Assembly: GCA_023953695.1 (NCBI GenBank)
Contig: JAMLJG010000015.1
Location: 2,756-66,755, forward strand
DNA: 64,000 nt
Direction: 5' to 3'
Source of the DNA: Kiritimatiellia bacterium
GTDB lineage: Bacteria; Verrucomicrobiota; Kiritimatiellia; CAIVKH01
Shown: positions 11,346 to 21,382 of the stretch, piece after piece
Numbering within the stretch: the stretch's first letter is position 1
Layout of the letters: every line of letters starts with the position of its first letter
Translations under genes and position numbers: made by a program
The notes under the pieces: generated by a model
What the model was told of the DNA's origin: nothing
Databases searched by the model: none
What the model saw: the letters and a program-made list of their open reading frames with translations, nothing else

Positions 11346-12815
11346 TCAAACGCTTGCCTTCAGTTGCGGCCGACGCAGGTGCCAATCGGTCGCTTGTTCG
11401 TATGCGTGTCCCACGCGCAGGAGCGTCTCTTCCGCCAGCGCCGGGCCAATGACCTGCATGCCGATGGGCATTCCGGTAGCAGAAAACCCGCATGGCACCG
11501 AGAGGGCGCAGCCGCCCGCGAGATTCACGGTCGCGGTGAAAATATCGCTCAAATACATCTGCAAAGGATCGGCGCTCTTCTCGCCAAAACGAAATGCGGG
11601 CGTGGGCGCGGTCGGCGTCAAGAGCGCGTCGCACGAACGAAACGCATCGTCAAACCCTGCCCGAATCCAACGCCTGACTTTCTGCGCGCGCAGATAATAC
11701 GCATCATAGTAGCCACTGCTGAGCACATAGGTGCCGAGAATAATGCGCCGCTTCACTTCGGACCCAAAACCTCTCGCGCGCGTCTGCTCATACAACTCCA
11801 GCGGACTGTCCGCCTTCACGCGCGCGCCATAGCGAATGCCGTCGAACCGCGCCAAATTGGCCGATGCCTCCGCCGTCGCAATCACATAGTAGGTCGGAAT
11901 CGCAAACTTCGTCTGTGGCAAACTAACCGACACAATTTCCGCGCCCAGCGAGCGGCACACGTCCGTCGCCGCGCGGACGGCGCGCTCGACTTCGGGGTCC
12001 AGCCCCGCGCCAAAATATTCGCTCGGCAAACCCAATCGAAGCCCGCGCAAATCGCGACCAAGCGCGGTCGTGAAATCCGGCGTCGGCACATTCAGTGAGG
12101 TCGAGTCGCGCAGATCCAACCCGGACATCACATTCATCAACAACGCCGTGTCGCGAACATCTTTCGTCACCGGCCCAACTTGGTCGAGCGACGACGCATA
12201 AGCGACCACCCCATACCGCGAAATGCGGCCATAGGTCGGCTTCAACCCCACGCACCCACAAAACGATGCGGGCTGCCGAACCGATCCACCGGTGTCCGTT
12301 CCCAATGACGCAAAAGCTATATCTGCCGCCACGGCCGCCGCATTGCCGCCGCTGGAACCGCCAGGCACACAATCGGTATTCCACGGATTCCGCGACGGGC
12401 CCCAGGCGGAATTCTCCGTGCTGGACCCCATCGCAAACTCGTCCATATTGAGGCGACCCACGATCACCGCTCCGGCTTCGCGCAGGCGCGTGATAACGGT
12501 CGCATCGAATGGAGCGATATACCCTTCGAGCATGCGCGACCCGCAGGTGCAAGGCTGCCCTTTCACATTAAAGAGGTCTTTGACCGCAATTGGAACGCCC
12601 AGCAACGGGGCGGATTCCCCGCGTTTGCGCCGCGCGTCGGCGGCCTCCGCTTGGCGCATCGCGTCTTCGCGATCAATGGAAACATACGCGTGAATCGCCC
12701 CATCGTGCTGATCAATGCGCTGCAGCAGCGCTTCCAACAGGGAGGTCGAAGTCGTCCCACCCTCGCTCAACACGCGGACCGCTTCGCTAACGGTTAATTC
12801 GGTAAGCGCTGCCAT
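11346..12815 (-). CDS. gatA: Glu-tRNA(Gln) amidotransferase subunit A
   Basis: Amidase-signature family with [13 protein letters not shown] and the catalytic Ser/Lys context. Located between gatC and gatB. Confidence 0.95.
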   Translation of the reverse strand: MAALTELTVSEAVRVLSEGGTTSTSLLEALLQRIDQHDGAIHAYVSIDREDAMRQAEAADARRKRGESAPLLGVPIAVKDLFNVKGQPCTCGSRMLEGYIAPFDATVITRLREAGAVIVGRLNMDEFAMGSSTENSAWGPSRNPWNTDCVPGGSSGGNAAAVAADIAFASLGTDTGGSVRQPASFCGCVGLKPTYGRISRYGVVAYASSLDQVGPVTKDVRDTALLMNVMSGLDLRDSTSLNVPTPDFTTALGRDLRGLRLGLPSEYFGAGLDPEVERAVRAATDVCRSLGAEIVSVSLPQTKFAIPTYYVIATAEASANLARFDGIRYGARVKADSPLELYEQTRARGFGSEVKRRIILGTYVLSSGYYDAYYLRAQKVRRWIRAGFDDAFRSCDALLTPTAPTPAFRFGEKSADPLQMYLSDIFTATVNLAGGCALSVPCGFSATGMPIGMQVIGPALAEETLLRVGHAYEQATDWHLRRPQLKASV

Positions 12816-12818
12816 GGT

Positions 12819-13121
12819 TCACTCGAGAATACGCGGAACAATGAAGAGGCCGAGGCGATGCTCCGGAGCGTTGGCAAGCGCGGCCTCACGATCAACTCCC
12901 GGAGACACTTCGTCGCTGCGTAGAACGTTCTCGGTCTCCACCGCCTGAATCATCGGCGCCAACCCGCTGACATCCGCCTCTTTCAACGCGTCCACATAGG
13001 AAAGAATTTGCTCGAGTTGGCCTTGCAACTGAGCGCGTTCGTTCTCCTCTAAATGAAGTCGCGCCAATCGCGCCACATAGGCGACATCGAAACCGTCGGA
13101 GGGTCGTGCGGAGTCCGTCAT
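12819..13121 (-). CDS. gatC: Glu-tRNA(Gln) amidotransferase subunit C
   Basis: About 100 aa GatC-like protein (VAYVARLARLHLEENE...). The internal Met MTDSA begins right after the serA stop. The listed ORF extends 7 codons further. Confidence 0.8.
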   Translation of the reverse strand: MTDSARPSDGFDVAYVARLARLHLEENERAQLQGQLEQILSYVDALKEADVSGLAPMIQAVETENVLRSDEVSPGVDREAALANAPEHRLGLFIVPRILE

Positions 13122-13126
13122 ACGCA

Positions 13127-14701
13127 TCACAATTCTATACAAAAATAATCACTCGCCTGAATATTATCGGCAATCTTCTTCAGACTATCCGGCGGCACAG
13201 CGCGGTTCACCTTGAATATGGCGATGGATTCCTGACCTTTCGAGTCGTGCGGATTCCGCACATCGTCAATGTTAATGTCCACCGCAGCCAACGCCGCGCC
13301 AATCTGACCCAGCACACCCGGGCGATCCCTATAGGTGAAGACCAAGGTGTGGCCGCGCGGCACAAAATAGAGATCATGGAAATCATCAATCCGCGAGATC
13401 ATGATCGCGTTTTCGCTGACGGTTCCGCGGATGCTGACCGTCCGCATTTCCTTCCCCACGCCGCCCGTCAGATCCAGCGTGATCGAGTTCTTGAATCCCT
13501 TGCGGTCGTCCGTCACTCGATTGGTATACTCGACGCCCATCGCCTCAATATACTTGCGCGCCTCCGCAAACCCAAGAGACCGGTCATATTCCTCGTTCAG
13601 CGCCGCAACAATCGGAACGAAGAGCCACTGCGCGAATGGTTTCAGGTTCCCATAGAAGCTCGTTTCGATCAGCTTCAGGTTCGCATCTTTCCCGAGGAAC
13701 GCCCGCGTCAATTTCGCCAGCATATAAGCCAGCTCCACAAAGGCTTTGTTCAGCTCCACCGGAATGTTTCGGTTCACAATGTATGGCGAAATCCCCTTCT
13801 CATCGAACTCGATCAACTCCTGCGCGGCGAGCGAGGCGGCCTTTGTGTTGGCCTCTTTCGTGCTGGCGCCGAGGTGTGGCAACATGATGTCCGCAATATC
13901 GGACACGGACTTGGGCCCCTCCGCATCTTTCGGATAGACGTCGTTAAGAAAACGAATCCCTCGCTCCGCCTTGGCCTGCCGGAGATCTGCTTCGTTGATA
14001 ATGCCCGAGCGCGCGCAATTCACCAGGGTTGCGCCCTTCTTCATGCGACTCAGCAGCGAGGCATTGATCATCCCGCGCGTCTCTGCGTTTTCGGGAATGT
14101 GCAGCGAGATGAAATCCGCGCGCTCGAAAAGCGTGGGCAAATCCATCAGGGTGACATCAATCTGCTCCGCGCGATCCTTGGAAATCACCGGGTCGTGCCC
14201 AATCAACTGACACTCAAAACCGGAGAGGCGCTTCGCGACGATCTGCCCAATCGCGCCCAACCCCACAATCCCAACGGTCTTCCCGCTCAACTCGCGGCCC
14301 ATGAAACTCTTTTTCTCCCACTTCCCAGCCCGACACGATGCATCCGCCGCAATGAGGTGCCGCGCATCCGCCAATATCAGCGCCACGACCGCCTCGGCCA
14401 CCGCATTGGCATTCGCGCCCGGCGTGGTCATCACGTCAATATTCTTCGTGCGCGCATATTTTGAGTCAATCGTGTCAAATCCCGAGCCCGCGCGAACAAC
14501 CACGCGCAGCGAAGGCAACGCATTGATCACATCCTTTGTCACCTTCTCACTGCGCACGATCAACGCATACGCATCGGGGTGGCGATGCGCGAACTCCATC
14601 AAATCGCTCACCTCCTCCATCACAACGGTGTACTGCCCGTTGGCATCGAGGATATCCTTCACAACCGGGTTCAATTTCGTCGGAATCAAAACCTTCTTCA
14701 T
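13127..14701 (-). CDS. serA: D-3-phosphoglycerate dehydrogenase (long form with ACT domain)
   Basis: Rossmann NAD-binding motif GIVGLGAIG, the catalytic His/Glu region, and C-terminal ASB/ACT domains. The start is taken at MKKVLIP. Confidence 0.9.
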   Translation of the reverse strand: MKKVLIPTKLNPVVKDILDANGQYTVVMEEVSDLMEFAHRHPDAYALIVRSEKVTKDVINALPSLRVVVRAGSGFDTIDSKYARTKNIDVMTTPGANANAVAEAVVALILADARHLIAADASCRAGKWEKKSFMGRELSGKTVGIVGLGAIGQIVAKRLSGFECQLIGHDPVISKDRAEQIDVTLMDLPTLFERADFISLHIPENAETRGMINASLLSRMKKGATLVNCARSGIINEADLRQAKAERGIRFLNDVYPKDAEGPKSVSDIADIMLPHLGASTKEANTKAASLAAQELIEFDEKGISPYIVNRNIPVELNKAFVELAYMLAKLTRAFLGKDANLKLIETSFYGNLKPFAQWLFVPIVAALNEEYDRSLGFAEARKYIEAMGVEYTNRVTDDRKGFKNSITLDLTGGVGKEMRTVSIRGTVSENAIMISRIDDFHDLYFVPRGHTLVFTYRDRPGVLGQIGAALAAVDINIDDVRNPHDSKGQESIAIFKVNRAVPPDSLKKIADNIQASDYFCIEL

Positions 14702-14829
14702 GGCGTCCTTTTTCGGTAGCTGAAAAGCGCGACGGTATCGCCACCCGCCCCCCGAATCAAGTCTCGCCACGTGAAATCTAAAGGCAATCCACTTGACCCG
14801 CCCCCACAGGCTTCCTACTGTCTCCTGTC

Positions 14830-15810
14830 ATGTCGCGCTTCTTTCTGCTTTTCTGTTTCGCCGGTCTGACGCTCGCCGCCCCGCTCAGTGGGTGGGCCAA
14901 GTCCAAACCCTACGAAGAAACCGAGAAGAAGCACTCGTGGTTCAGCTTCAATCGGCCCGCGCGGAACACCCCGCAAAATCAGCTCGCCTGGGCCCGCAAA
15001 CTGCAAAGCAGCGGCGACCTGCGCAAAGCCACACGCGCCTATAAAGCTCTCGTCGTCACCTGGCCGGGCAGCTCGGAAGCCCCCCTCGCCCAGTGGGGAC
15101 TCGCCCAGACACTCGACGCGCGAGGCAAAACCGAAAGCGCATTCGAGGAATATAACAACCTCGCCACCCGCTTCACCGGCGGCTACCCCTACGACAGCAT
15201 CGTGCAGCGCCAATTCGAAATCGCCCAGACCGTGATGAACAAACGGCGGGGCACACTCCTGATTTTTGGCGGATTCAAGGCTCCCGAACGCGCGGTGCCG
15301 CTCTTCGAGAAGGTTGTCCAAAACGCGCCCCGATCCGACTTCGCCGCCGAAGCGCAATACCTCATCGGCCACGCCTACGAACTCAGCGAACAACTCGAAC
15401 TGGCCGTCGTCGCCTACATGACCGCCATGCACCGCTACCCCAACTCTCCCTGGGCCGAGCGCGCAGCTTTTGGGCGAGCCCGCAGCCTGATCCGACTCTC
15501 CGAAGAAAGCCCCAACGACGAAGAAGCGCTCGATCAGGCCTGGGCAGCCGTGATTGTCTACCTCAATGCCTTTCCCCAATCAGAAGACGCAGAACTCGCC
15601 ACCGCGTACCGCGATAATTTGCTCCGCCGACGCGCGAAAAGTGCCTATGATAAAGCCCTGTTTTATGATCGAATTGCCAAACGCTCCGCAGCCGCGGTTC
15701 AATCGTATGAAAACTTTGTGCGCCAATTCCCCAATTCTGAATGGACGGCAATTGCGCGCGCGCGCATGCAGGAATTATCCCCGCTAGTGGAGAAACCAAA
15801 TGAAAACTAA
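14830..15810 (+). CDS. secreted TPR-repeat protein, BamD/YfiO-like outer-membrane assembly factor candidate
   Basis: Signal peptide followed by TPR-like helical repeats across the whole length. The gene sits divergently from serA and next to an LptE-like lipoprotein. The family assignment is tentative. Confidence 0.45.
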   Translation: MSRFFLLFCFAGLTLAAPLSGWAKSKPYEETEKKHSWFSFNRPARNTPQNQLAWARKLQSSGDLRKATRAYKALVVTWPGSSEAPLAQWGLAQTLDARGKTESAFEEYNNLATRFTGGYPYDSIVQRQFEIAQTVMNKRRGTLLIFGGFKAPERAVPLFEKVVQNAPRSDFAAEAQYLIGHAYELSEQLELAVVAYMTAMHRYPNSPWAERAAFGRARSLIRLSEESPNDEEALDQAWAAVIVYLNAFPQSEDAELATAYRDNLLRRRAKSAYDKALFYDRIAKRSAAAVQSYENFVRQFPNSEWTAIARARMQELSPLVEKPNEN

Positions 15811-16312
15811 ACTTCTCGGACTGTTCGCACTCATCGCCCTGCTGCTCGGCTCGATCGGCTGCGTGGGCTACCGGCTCGGCTCCATGCTCCCCCCCGATAT
15901 CCAAACGGTCTATATCCCCTCGTTCCTGAACGAGACTTCGGAGCCGCTCATCGAAGTCGAATGCCACCGCGCCACGGTCGAAGCCCTCCAGCGCGATGGC
16001 TCGCTTCGCATCGGCGACGAGGAAACCTCCGACGCCATCGCCCGCATTCGCCTCCGCGAATATCGCATCGAACCCGTCGTCTACGACACCACCAGCCGCT
16101 CCAACGTCAAGCAGTACCGAATCAAAATGTCGGCATCGCTCGTGATGACCCGGCGCGCGGATGACAAAGTCATTGTCGAGCGCCCCACCGTCCGTGGCGA
16201 GGGCGTCTTCAATGTCGCCGGCGACCTCTCGTCCTCCAAACTCGTCGGCCTCCCGGTCGCCGCGGAAGACCTCGCTCGCAACATCGTTCAACAGATGGTG
16301 GAAGCCTGGTAA
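15800..16312 (+). CDS. lipoprotein, LptE-like (LPS-assembly) candidate
   Basis: Lipobox LLGSIGC within the signal peptide. The roughly 170 aa size and predicted beta-rich fold resemble LptE. The assignment rests on context and topology only. Confidence 0.4.
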   Translation: MKTKLLGLFALIALLLGSIGCVGYRLGSMLPPDIQTVYIPSFLNETSEPLIEVECHRATVEALQRDGSLRIGDEETSDAIARIRLREYRIEPVVYDTTSRSNVKQYRIKMSASLVMTRRADDKVIVERPTVRGEGVFNVAGDLSSSKLVGLPVAAEDLARNIVQQMVEAW

Positions 16313-16350
16313 GGCCCACCCAGCCGCATCGGCGCAACTTCCGCAAAACA

Positions 16351-16380
16351 AAACGGGCGACCCCGAGGGGTCGCCCGTTT
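16351..16380. terminator. bidirectional intrinsic terminator between the LptE-like gene and rpsT
   Basis: Perfect GC-rich hairpin AACGGGCGACCCC-GAG-GGGGTCGCCCGTT, flanked by an A-run on one side and TTTTG on the other. Confidence 0.6.
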
Positions 16381-16400
16381 GCAATCCAAATCAAATGGAA

Positions 16401-16670
16401 TCACGCCACTTTGACGGCGCGCAGATGGCCTGCCGCACGGCCCTTCTTCCGAACGGCCTGATTCTTCTTGATGATTCCCTTCTTCACGGCCTTGTCCAAC
16501 GACGAGCAGAGCCGCTTGTAAAGCTCCGTCGCGCTTGCCTCATCCTTGCCGGCCACCGCCGCCTTGAACTGAGTCTGAACGCGCTTAATCCCGGAGCGAC
16601 CCGCCTTGTTGCGGAGGCGATCCTCCTCGCTCTGCCGATGCCGTTTCAACGCTTGCTTCGTATGTGCCAT
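16401..16670 (-). CDS. rpsT: 30S ribosomal protein S20
   Basis: Starts MAHTKQALKRHRQSEEDRLRN, which is a typical S20 N-terminus. About 89 aa, basic and helical. Confidence 0.9.
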   Translation of the reverse strand: MAHTKQALKRHRQSEEDRLRNKAGRSGIKRVQTQFKAAVAGKDEASATELYKRLCSSLDKAVKKGIIKKNQAVRKKGRAAGHLRAVKVA

Positions 16671-16760
16671 TATCAATCTCCTAAATCGGGTGCTTTTCGC
16701 CCCATCCCGCAGCGCCATTGATCTGCGGAAAAAAGTTGTGTCATACTATAGGCCATAGCG

Positions 16761-17564
16761 ATGAAGTCAACCGGCAATTCTTCGGTATTTCGAGATGCCC
16801 GCGCTTCCTACCGGGAACATCTCCGAAGGCGGCGCGCCCCCGCCGATTTCCGCCAGCGCGCCGCTCAAACGCTCACAGCCAATGCCCCCCTCCTCAAAGC
16901 CACAGCCCACCAGCGCGTACTGCGCGGTATCGGGCCGGATTCCGACCTCGTCTTCAAGTTCTATTCCGACCTCAGCCCCCTCTCGCTCTTCCGCCCCAGC
17001 CGCGCGCGGCGCGCATTCGCCGCCACCCAAGCCGCGCGGGCGCAAGGCATCCCGCTCGCCGAAGCGCTCGGCTATGTCGAATACACCACTGGCATCGCCC
17101 CTTTCACTTCCTGCCTCATCATGCGCTTCATCCCCAACGCCACCACGCTCCACCATTGGATGCGGCGCAACCACCGCCATTTGACGCCCGAGCAGTGGAC
17201 CCTGTGGCGAAAAAGACTGCTCGATTTTTGGCTCAATCTCGAACGGAGCGGCATCTATCACGACGACACCAAGACACTGAATATCCTGATACAAACTCCA
17301 CCCGACGCGCCCACGCAACTTTGGTGGATAGACCCCGAAAGCGTCCACCCCGGCCGACGCCCCAGCCGACGCCAACTCCTGCGGAATCTTGTTCAACTCA
17401 ATGGCTCACTGCGCTCCTGGGTGCCGGATGAGCAACGCCTCCTCTTCCTCCAAGAAGTCGCCCAAATCCATCCTTGGCTCCGCGTTCCTGCGGTAGAGCA
17501 GAAAATTAGGGACTGGACCCGACAGCGACTCCTCAACGAAATCAAGACCCGATGCGGCCCCTAA
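16761..17564 (+). CDS. lipopolysaccharide kinase (Kdo/WaaP/InaA) family protein
   Basis: Catalytic-loop and DFG-like region (IYHDDTKTLNILI ... WWIDPES) match the Kdo/LPS kinase family. Confidence 0.55.
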   Translation: MKSTGNSSVFRDARASYREHLRRRRAPADFRQRAAQTLTANAPLLKATAHQRVLRGIGPDSDLVFKFYSDLSPLSLFRPSRARRAFAATQAARAQGIPLAEALGYVEYTTGIAPFTSCLIMRFIPNATTLHHWMRRNHRHLTPEQWTLWRKRLLDFWLNLERSGIYHDDTKTLNILIQTPPDAPTQLWWIDPESVHPGRRPSRRQLLRNLVQLNGSLRSWVPDEQRLLFLQEVAQIHPWLRVPAVEQKIRDWTRQRLLNEIKTRCGP

Positions 17565-18244
17565 AGTTTCTCATTGGTCTCTTCCTTCTTCCCGTCGTGT
17601 GGACCGCCATTCGTGCCACCGCGCGACTCATTGCCACTCTGCGCATCGAGGAGTTCGGTGGACATCCACAAGCCGCTTGGTGGCTCGCCGGAGGATTCCT
17701 CTTCTGGCTTCTCCTCTATCTTCTCCTCCCCCGCCCCATGCGCACCTACGTCCTCGGACACGAACTCACCCATGCCTTCTGGGCGCTGCTCATGGGCGCC
17801 CGAGTCTCGCGACTTCGCGTCACCGCGCGTGGCGGCAGCGTCACCGTCTCCAAATCGAATTGGATCATCACGCTCGCCCCCTACTTCTTCCCCTTCTACA
17901 CCATGCTCGTGATCGCCAGCGCCTTCGTCCTCGGCCTCTTCTTCAATCTCCAACCCTACGAACGCCTCACCCTGGCCATAATCGGATTCACCTACGCATT
18001 CCACATCACCTTCACAATCTCCATGCTCACCATCCGCCAGCCCGATGTCCAAGAGCACGGCCGACTCTTCTCCTATACCATCATCATCCTCCTCAACACG
18101 CTCGGCCTCGGCTGCTGGATCGTCGTCGTCGCAGCGCCCACCCTGGCGGACTATGCCTCGCACCTCACCCACGAAGCCCTCCTAACATGGGACTGGCTCC
18201 GCGAGGTCTATGCAATGCTCCTCTCCTTCGCATCCCCGCAATAA
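17552..18244 (+). CDS. polytopic membrane protein with HExxH motif (M50B-like putative zinc metallopeptidase)
   Basis: Five to six predicted TM helices. The HELTHAFWALLMGARV motif resembles the M50/M50B HExxH...G active-site helix. No other homology is evident. Confidence 0.4.
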   Translation: MRPLKFLIGLFLLPVVWTAIRATARLIATLRIEEFGGHPQAAWWLAGGFLFWLLLYLLLPRPMRTYVLGHELTHAFWALLMGARVSRLRVTARGGSVTVSKSNWIITLAPYFFPFYTMLVIASAFVLGLFFNLQPYERLTLAIIGFTYAFHITFTISMLTIRQPDVQEHGRLFSYTIIILLNTLGLGCWIVVVAAPTLADYASHLTHEALLTWDWLREVYAMLLSFASPQ

Positions 18245-18324
18245 ACGCATATGGAGACACCTCGCGGCGCAACTATACGATCGCGCTTTTTGCAGTTTCA
18301 TAACCCACCCATTCTTGCGAAGGT

Positions 18325-19065
18325 TTGCCCATGACCGACCCCACCCTCCACTTCCCCGAAACGGCCGACATCGAAACGGCCTCAGCCCAATACGCCGCGC
18401 GATTCGCAGGCGAAATCGGCGCGTGGATGCTCGCACGCCAAGAGCGGATCACACTGGATTACCTTCGCGCGGCCGACGCCAAATCCGTTCTCGATGTCGG
18501 CGGCGGACACGCCCAACTCGCGCGCCCAATGGCCAGCGCGGGATTCGATGTCACGGTCCTCGGCAGCGATCCGATTTGCCAAGAACGCATCGCCGATCTC
18601 GTTGCCAATGAGCGCTGCAAATTCATGGTCGGAAACGTCGTTCAACTTCCTTTCCCCGACCGCTCCTTTGATGCCGCCGTCAGCGTGCGCCTCTTGCCCC
18701 ATTGCGAGCGTTGGCCCAGCCTGATCCGCGAACTCTGCCGCGTCGCGCGACATACCGTCGTCGTGGACTATCCTCTCGCATCGGGCATGAACACCCTCGC
18801 GCCTTGGCTCTTCGATGCGAAGAAGAAGTTGGAAAAGAACACGCGCACATGGCGCAACTTCACACACGCCGAAGTGCGCAACGCCTTCCAGGCAGCGGGG
18901 TTTCAGCCCATCGGTCGCAGAGGCCAATTCTTCTGGCCCATGGTCATTCACCGCTCGCTCAAGAACCCTTCCATCTCAAATCTGCTGGAAGCCGTCCCCG
19001 GCGGACTTGGCATCACCGCGCGATTCGGAACCCCCGTCCTCGCCGCATTCACGCGCGCTCAGTGA
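18325..19065 (+). CDS. class I SAM-dependent methyltransferase
   Basis: Motif I VLDVGGGHAQLA, motif post-I and the acidic loop are present, giving a typical Methyltransf_11/12-like layout. Confidence 0.7.
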   Translation: MPMTDPTLHFPETADIETASAQYAARFAGEIGAWMLARQERITLDYLRAADAKSVLDVGGGHAQLARPMASAGFDVTVLGSDPICQERIADLVANERCKFMVGNVVQLPFPDRSFDAAVSVRLLPHCERWPSLIRELCRVARHTVVVDYPLASGMNTLAPWLFDAKKKLEKNTRTWRNFTHAEVRNAFQAAGFQPIGRRGQFFWPMVIHRSLKNPSISNLLEAVPGGLGITARFGTPVLAAFTRAQ

Positions 19066-20099
19066 AGCGGAAGCGGCACAAACCGCCAAACATCCGCCTG
19101 CGTGAATTCGCTGGCTGAGAAGCACCAAATGACAACCTTCTTGCCCTTGATGTAGTCCGGCACAGCATTCATCTCCCGCATCAGCGCCATGCGCGAAGCT
19201 GTAGCTCCGGAACCCGTCACACCGATTAGATCCACAGGACTGCCCAGCAATCTCGCCAGATGATCAGACAAACCCGCATTAACCGGGGACTCTCCTTCGG
19301 CGTGAAACGCCAAGACATTTTCATCGCCCAACACCAACACGGGACTGCTACGTGAATAGGTCAGCGCTTCGCCCGCAGACCCGATCGCAATCAACTCGAC
19401 CTCCTCCTCATCCACAAGGCGCAACTGCCGGGCCAAATCGCCGACCCGATGCTGCGCAAGACGAGCCGCTTCCCAGTGATTTGAACCCGCCGTCACCAAT
19501 CCGTCCTGCGCGGATAGCCAGTCAAATATCCGCGCCGCCGCACGCTCAACGCCAATGCCGGACCAACGGGAATCCGTTCTGCAAAACAACTTCCCTTCCG
19601 CAAGCGCCTCCGGCCGCAAGTAATCTTCAGTCAAGTCGAGCGCGGCAATCCCATGGTCCCGCAACACCTCGTAAAACTCCCGAAGCGACGCCAACGCGGC
19701 AAGAGAATCCGCGCGCGAACATCCGAGTGGGGTCGGATAAATCAACGCCTTCGGCGGGACCGGAACAACCAGCAGGCGCACACCCAAGTCTGCGAGCTGA
19801 CGATTGAAATCATCTATCGGCTCCAACGGATCGCGATGCGCCGGATTCTTCGCTGCACCGGTGTCCAATGCGGCCTCGCCCCAAAACCGGCCTAGAGAAA
19901 GAAATCGCAATTCATCCGCCGGATAGAACCAATCCCCCTCACCCCGCAAAACATGCGTCGCCTCGGCCTGCTGATACGCCGCGGAAAAGCAGCTCAAGTC
20001 TGCGGCAAATCCCCACTCCGCGAACAAGGCAAGCGCTCCGATCGCCGCCCTTCTAAATAGACCACACCGCATACGCGCCATTCTCCCATTCCTCATCAA
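19059..20099 (-). CDS. secreted AlgX/AlgJ-like (SGNH-fold polysaccharide acyl-modification family) protein
   Basis: Signal peptide, GEGDWFYPADEL (resembles the AlgJ/X WLF motif) and TDSRWS in place of the DTHW catalytic motif, so the His appears replaced by Arg. The assignment is tentative. Confidence 0.35.
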   Translation of the reverse strand: MMRNGRMARMRCGLFRRAAIGALALFAEWGFAADLSCFSAAYQQAEATHVLRGEGDWFYPADELRFLSLGRFWGEAALDTGAAKNPAHRDPLEPIDDFNRQLADLGVRLLVVPVPPKALIYPTPLGCSRADSLAALASLREFYEVLRDHGIAALDLTEDYLRPEALAEGKLFCRTDSRWSGIGVERAAARIFDWLSAQDGLVTAGSNHWEAARLAQHRVGDLARQLRLVDEEEVELIAIGSAGEALTYSRSSPVLVLGDENVLAFHAEGESPVNAGLSDHLARLLGSPVDLIGVTGSGATASRMALMREMNAVPDYIKGKKVVIWCFSASEFTQADVWRFVPLPLH

Positions 20100-20128
20100 G
20101 CTGTCAATTCGCGCACATCAAAAACTCT

Positions 20129-21382
20129 GTGCGCTGGAACCGCTCTCCCGCTATGATGCGCCCCATGTCCGAGTCCTCCAAATCACAGCCCGCCGTGTGC
20201 CTCTTGATCGGCACATTTCATCCGCGCGTCGGAGGAGGAGAAACACACGCGCGCCTCTTGAGCCGAGAACTCAAGGCGCTCGGCACACCCATCTTCGTCC
20301 TCACGCGCAAACATGAACCCGGCCTCCCCTCGCGCGACGAAGTGGACGGCGTGGAACTTCGCCGCGTCGGCCCCTCCGGCTTCCCGCGCTTCGGAAAATA
20401 CCTGATGATTCCCGCCGCCCTCCGAGCCCTCATCCAAGCGCGAAACGAGTTCGACATCATCTACGTCTGCGGACTCCGCGTCCTCGGCATCGCGGGAATC
20501 CTCGCCGGGCTCCTTCTCCATAAGCGAGTGGTCCTTCGCGCAGAAGCATGCGGCGAATGGTCGGGCGGCTTCTTCTTCACCGGAGCCGGAAATACCGAGC
20601 GAAAACTCAATCCGTTCCTCAGAATCGCCCTGGCCCTGCGAAATCGCCTCTATAGAAGAGCTGATCAATTCCTCGCCATTTCTCGCGTCATCCACAACGA
20701 ATTTTCTACCGGAGGCCTGCCCGATACACAAATCACCACCATCACAAACGGCATAGACTTCCAATCCTTCCAGCCCGTCTCCCCCGAACGGCGCGCCCAG
20801 CTCCGCGCAGACTTCGGCCTCAACAACTCTTTCGTCTTCGCCTATTCCGGGAAACTCAACCGAGGGAAAGGCCTGGAAATGCTCCTCCGCGCATGGCGCA
20901 ACGTCGCGGCCAGCCATCCATCCGCCCACCTCCTCCTCATCGGCGCAGGTGGCACTCAATTTCTCTCCTGTGAACACGAGCTTCGCTCCTTTGTCGAAGA
21001 AAACGCACTGCAAACCAGCGTAACCTTCACGGGCTACACAAACCGAGTGGCAGAATATTTGTGCGCTTCGGACGCATTTGTGTTTCCATCTGAAAGCGAG
21101 GCGTTAGGGTTGGCCCTGATCGAGGCGATGGCGTGCGGCCTGCCCTCGCTGGCCTCGGCAACAGGCGGAATCTTAGATATCGTGACAGATCAAGAAAACG
21201 GGCGACTCTTGCCCGTAGGTGACGAAAACGCATGGCAAACAGCGATGAGCGAATTGATGCAAACGCCGGAACAAGCCACCCAGTGGGCAGCGGCGGGAGC
21301 AGCATCGGTAAAAAAGAGATTCGCCATTCGGGAGATCGCGATTCAACACCAACAGCTCTTCCGCTCGTTGCAGACGAAGTAG
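20129..21382 (+). CDS. glycosyltransferase family 4 (GT-B)
   Basis: N-terminal GT4 sugar-acceptor domain (GGGETHARLLSREL) and C-terminal Glycos_transf_1 domain with the EALGLALIEAMACGLP motif (EX7E). The start may be the internal Met MSESS. Confidence 0.85.
   Translation: MRWNRSPAMMRPMSESSKSQPAVCLLIGTFHPRVGGGETHARLLSRELKALGTPIFVLTRKHEPGLPSRDEVDGVELRRVGPSGFPRFGKYLMIPAALRALIQARNEFDIIYVCGLRVLGIAGILAGLLLHKRVVLRAEACGEWSGGFFFTGAGNTERKLNPFLRIALALRNRLYRRADQFLAISRVIHNEFSTGGLPDTQITTITNGIDFQSFQPVSPERRAQLRADFGLNNSFVFAYSGKLNRGKGLEMLLRAWRNVAASHPSAHLLLIGAGGTQFLSCEHELRSFVEENALQTSVTFTGYTNRVAEYLCASDAFVFPSESEALGLALIEAMACGLPSLASATGGILDIVTDQENGRLLPVGDENAWQTAMSELMQTPEQATQWAAAGAASVKKRFAIREIAIQHQQLFRSLQTK

Noticed and set aside
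10412-11452. 346-aa plus-strand ORF overlapping gatB/gatA
   Set aside because: It is antisense to two strongly supported housekeeping genes, has an Arg/Ala/Leu-rich composition and no domain signature. This is a GC-driven open frame.
13106-14464. 452-aa plus-strand ORF antisense to serA
   Set aside because: Same reasoning: the opposite strand encodes a complete SerA with all motifs, and this frame is low-complexity and Arg-rich.
16718-17431. 237-aa plus-strand ORF overlapping the LPS kinase gene in another frame
   Set aside because: Pro/Arg-rich repetitive translation. The overlapping frame 16761-17564 has a kinase catalytic-loop signature.
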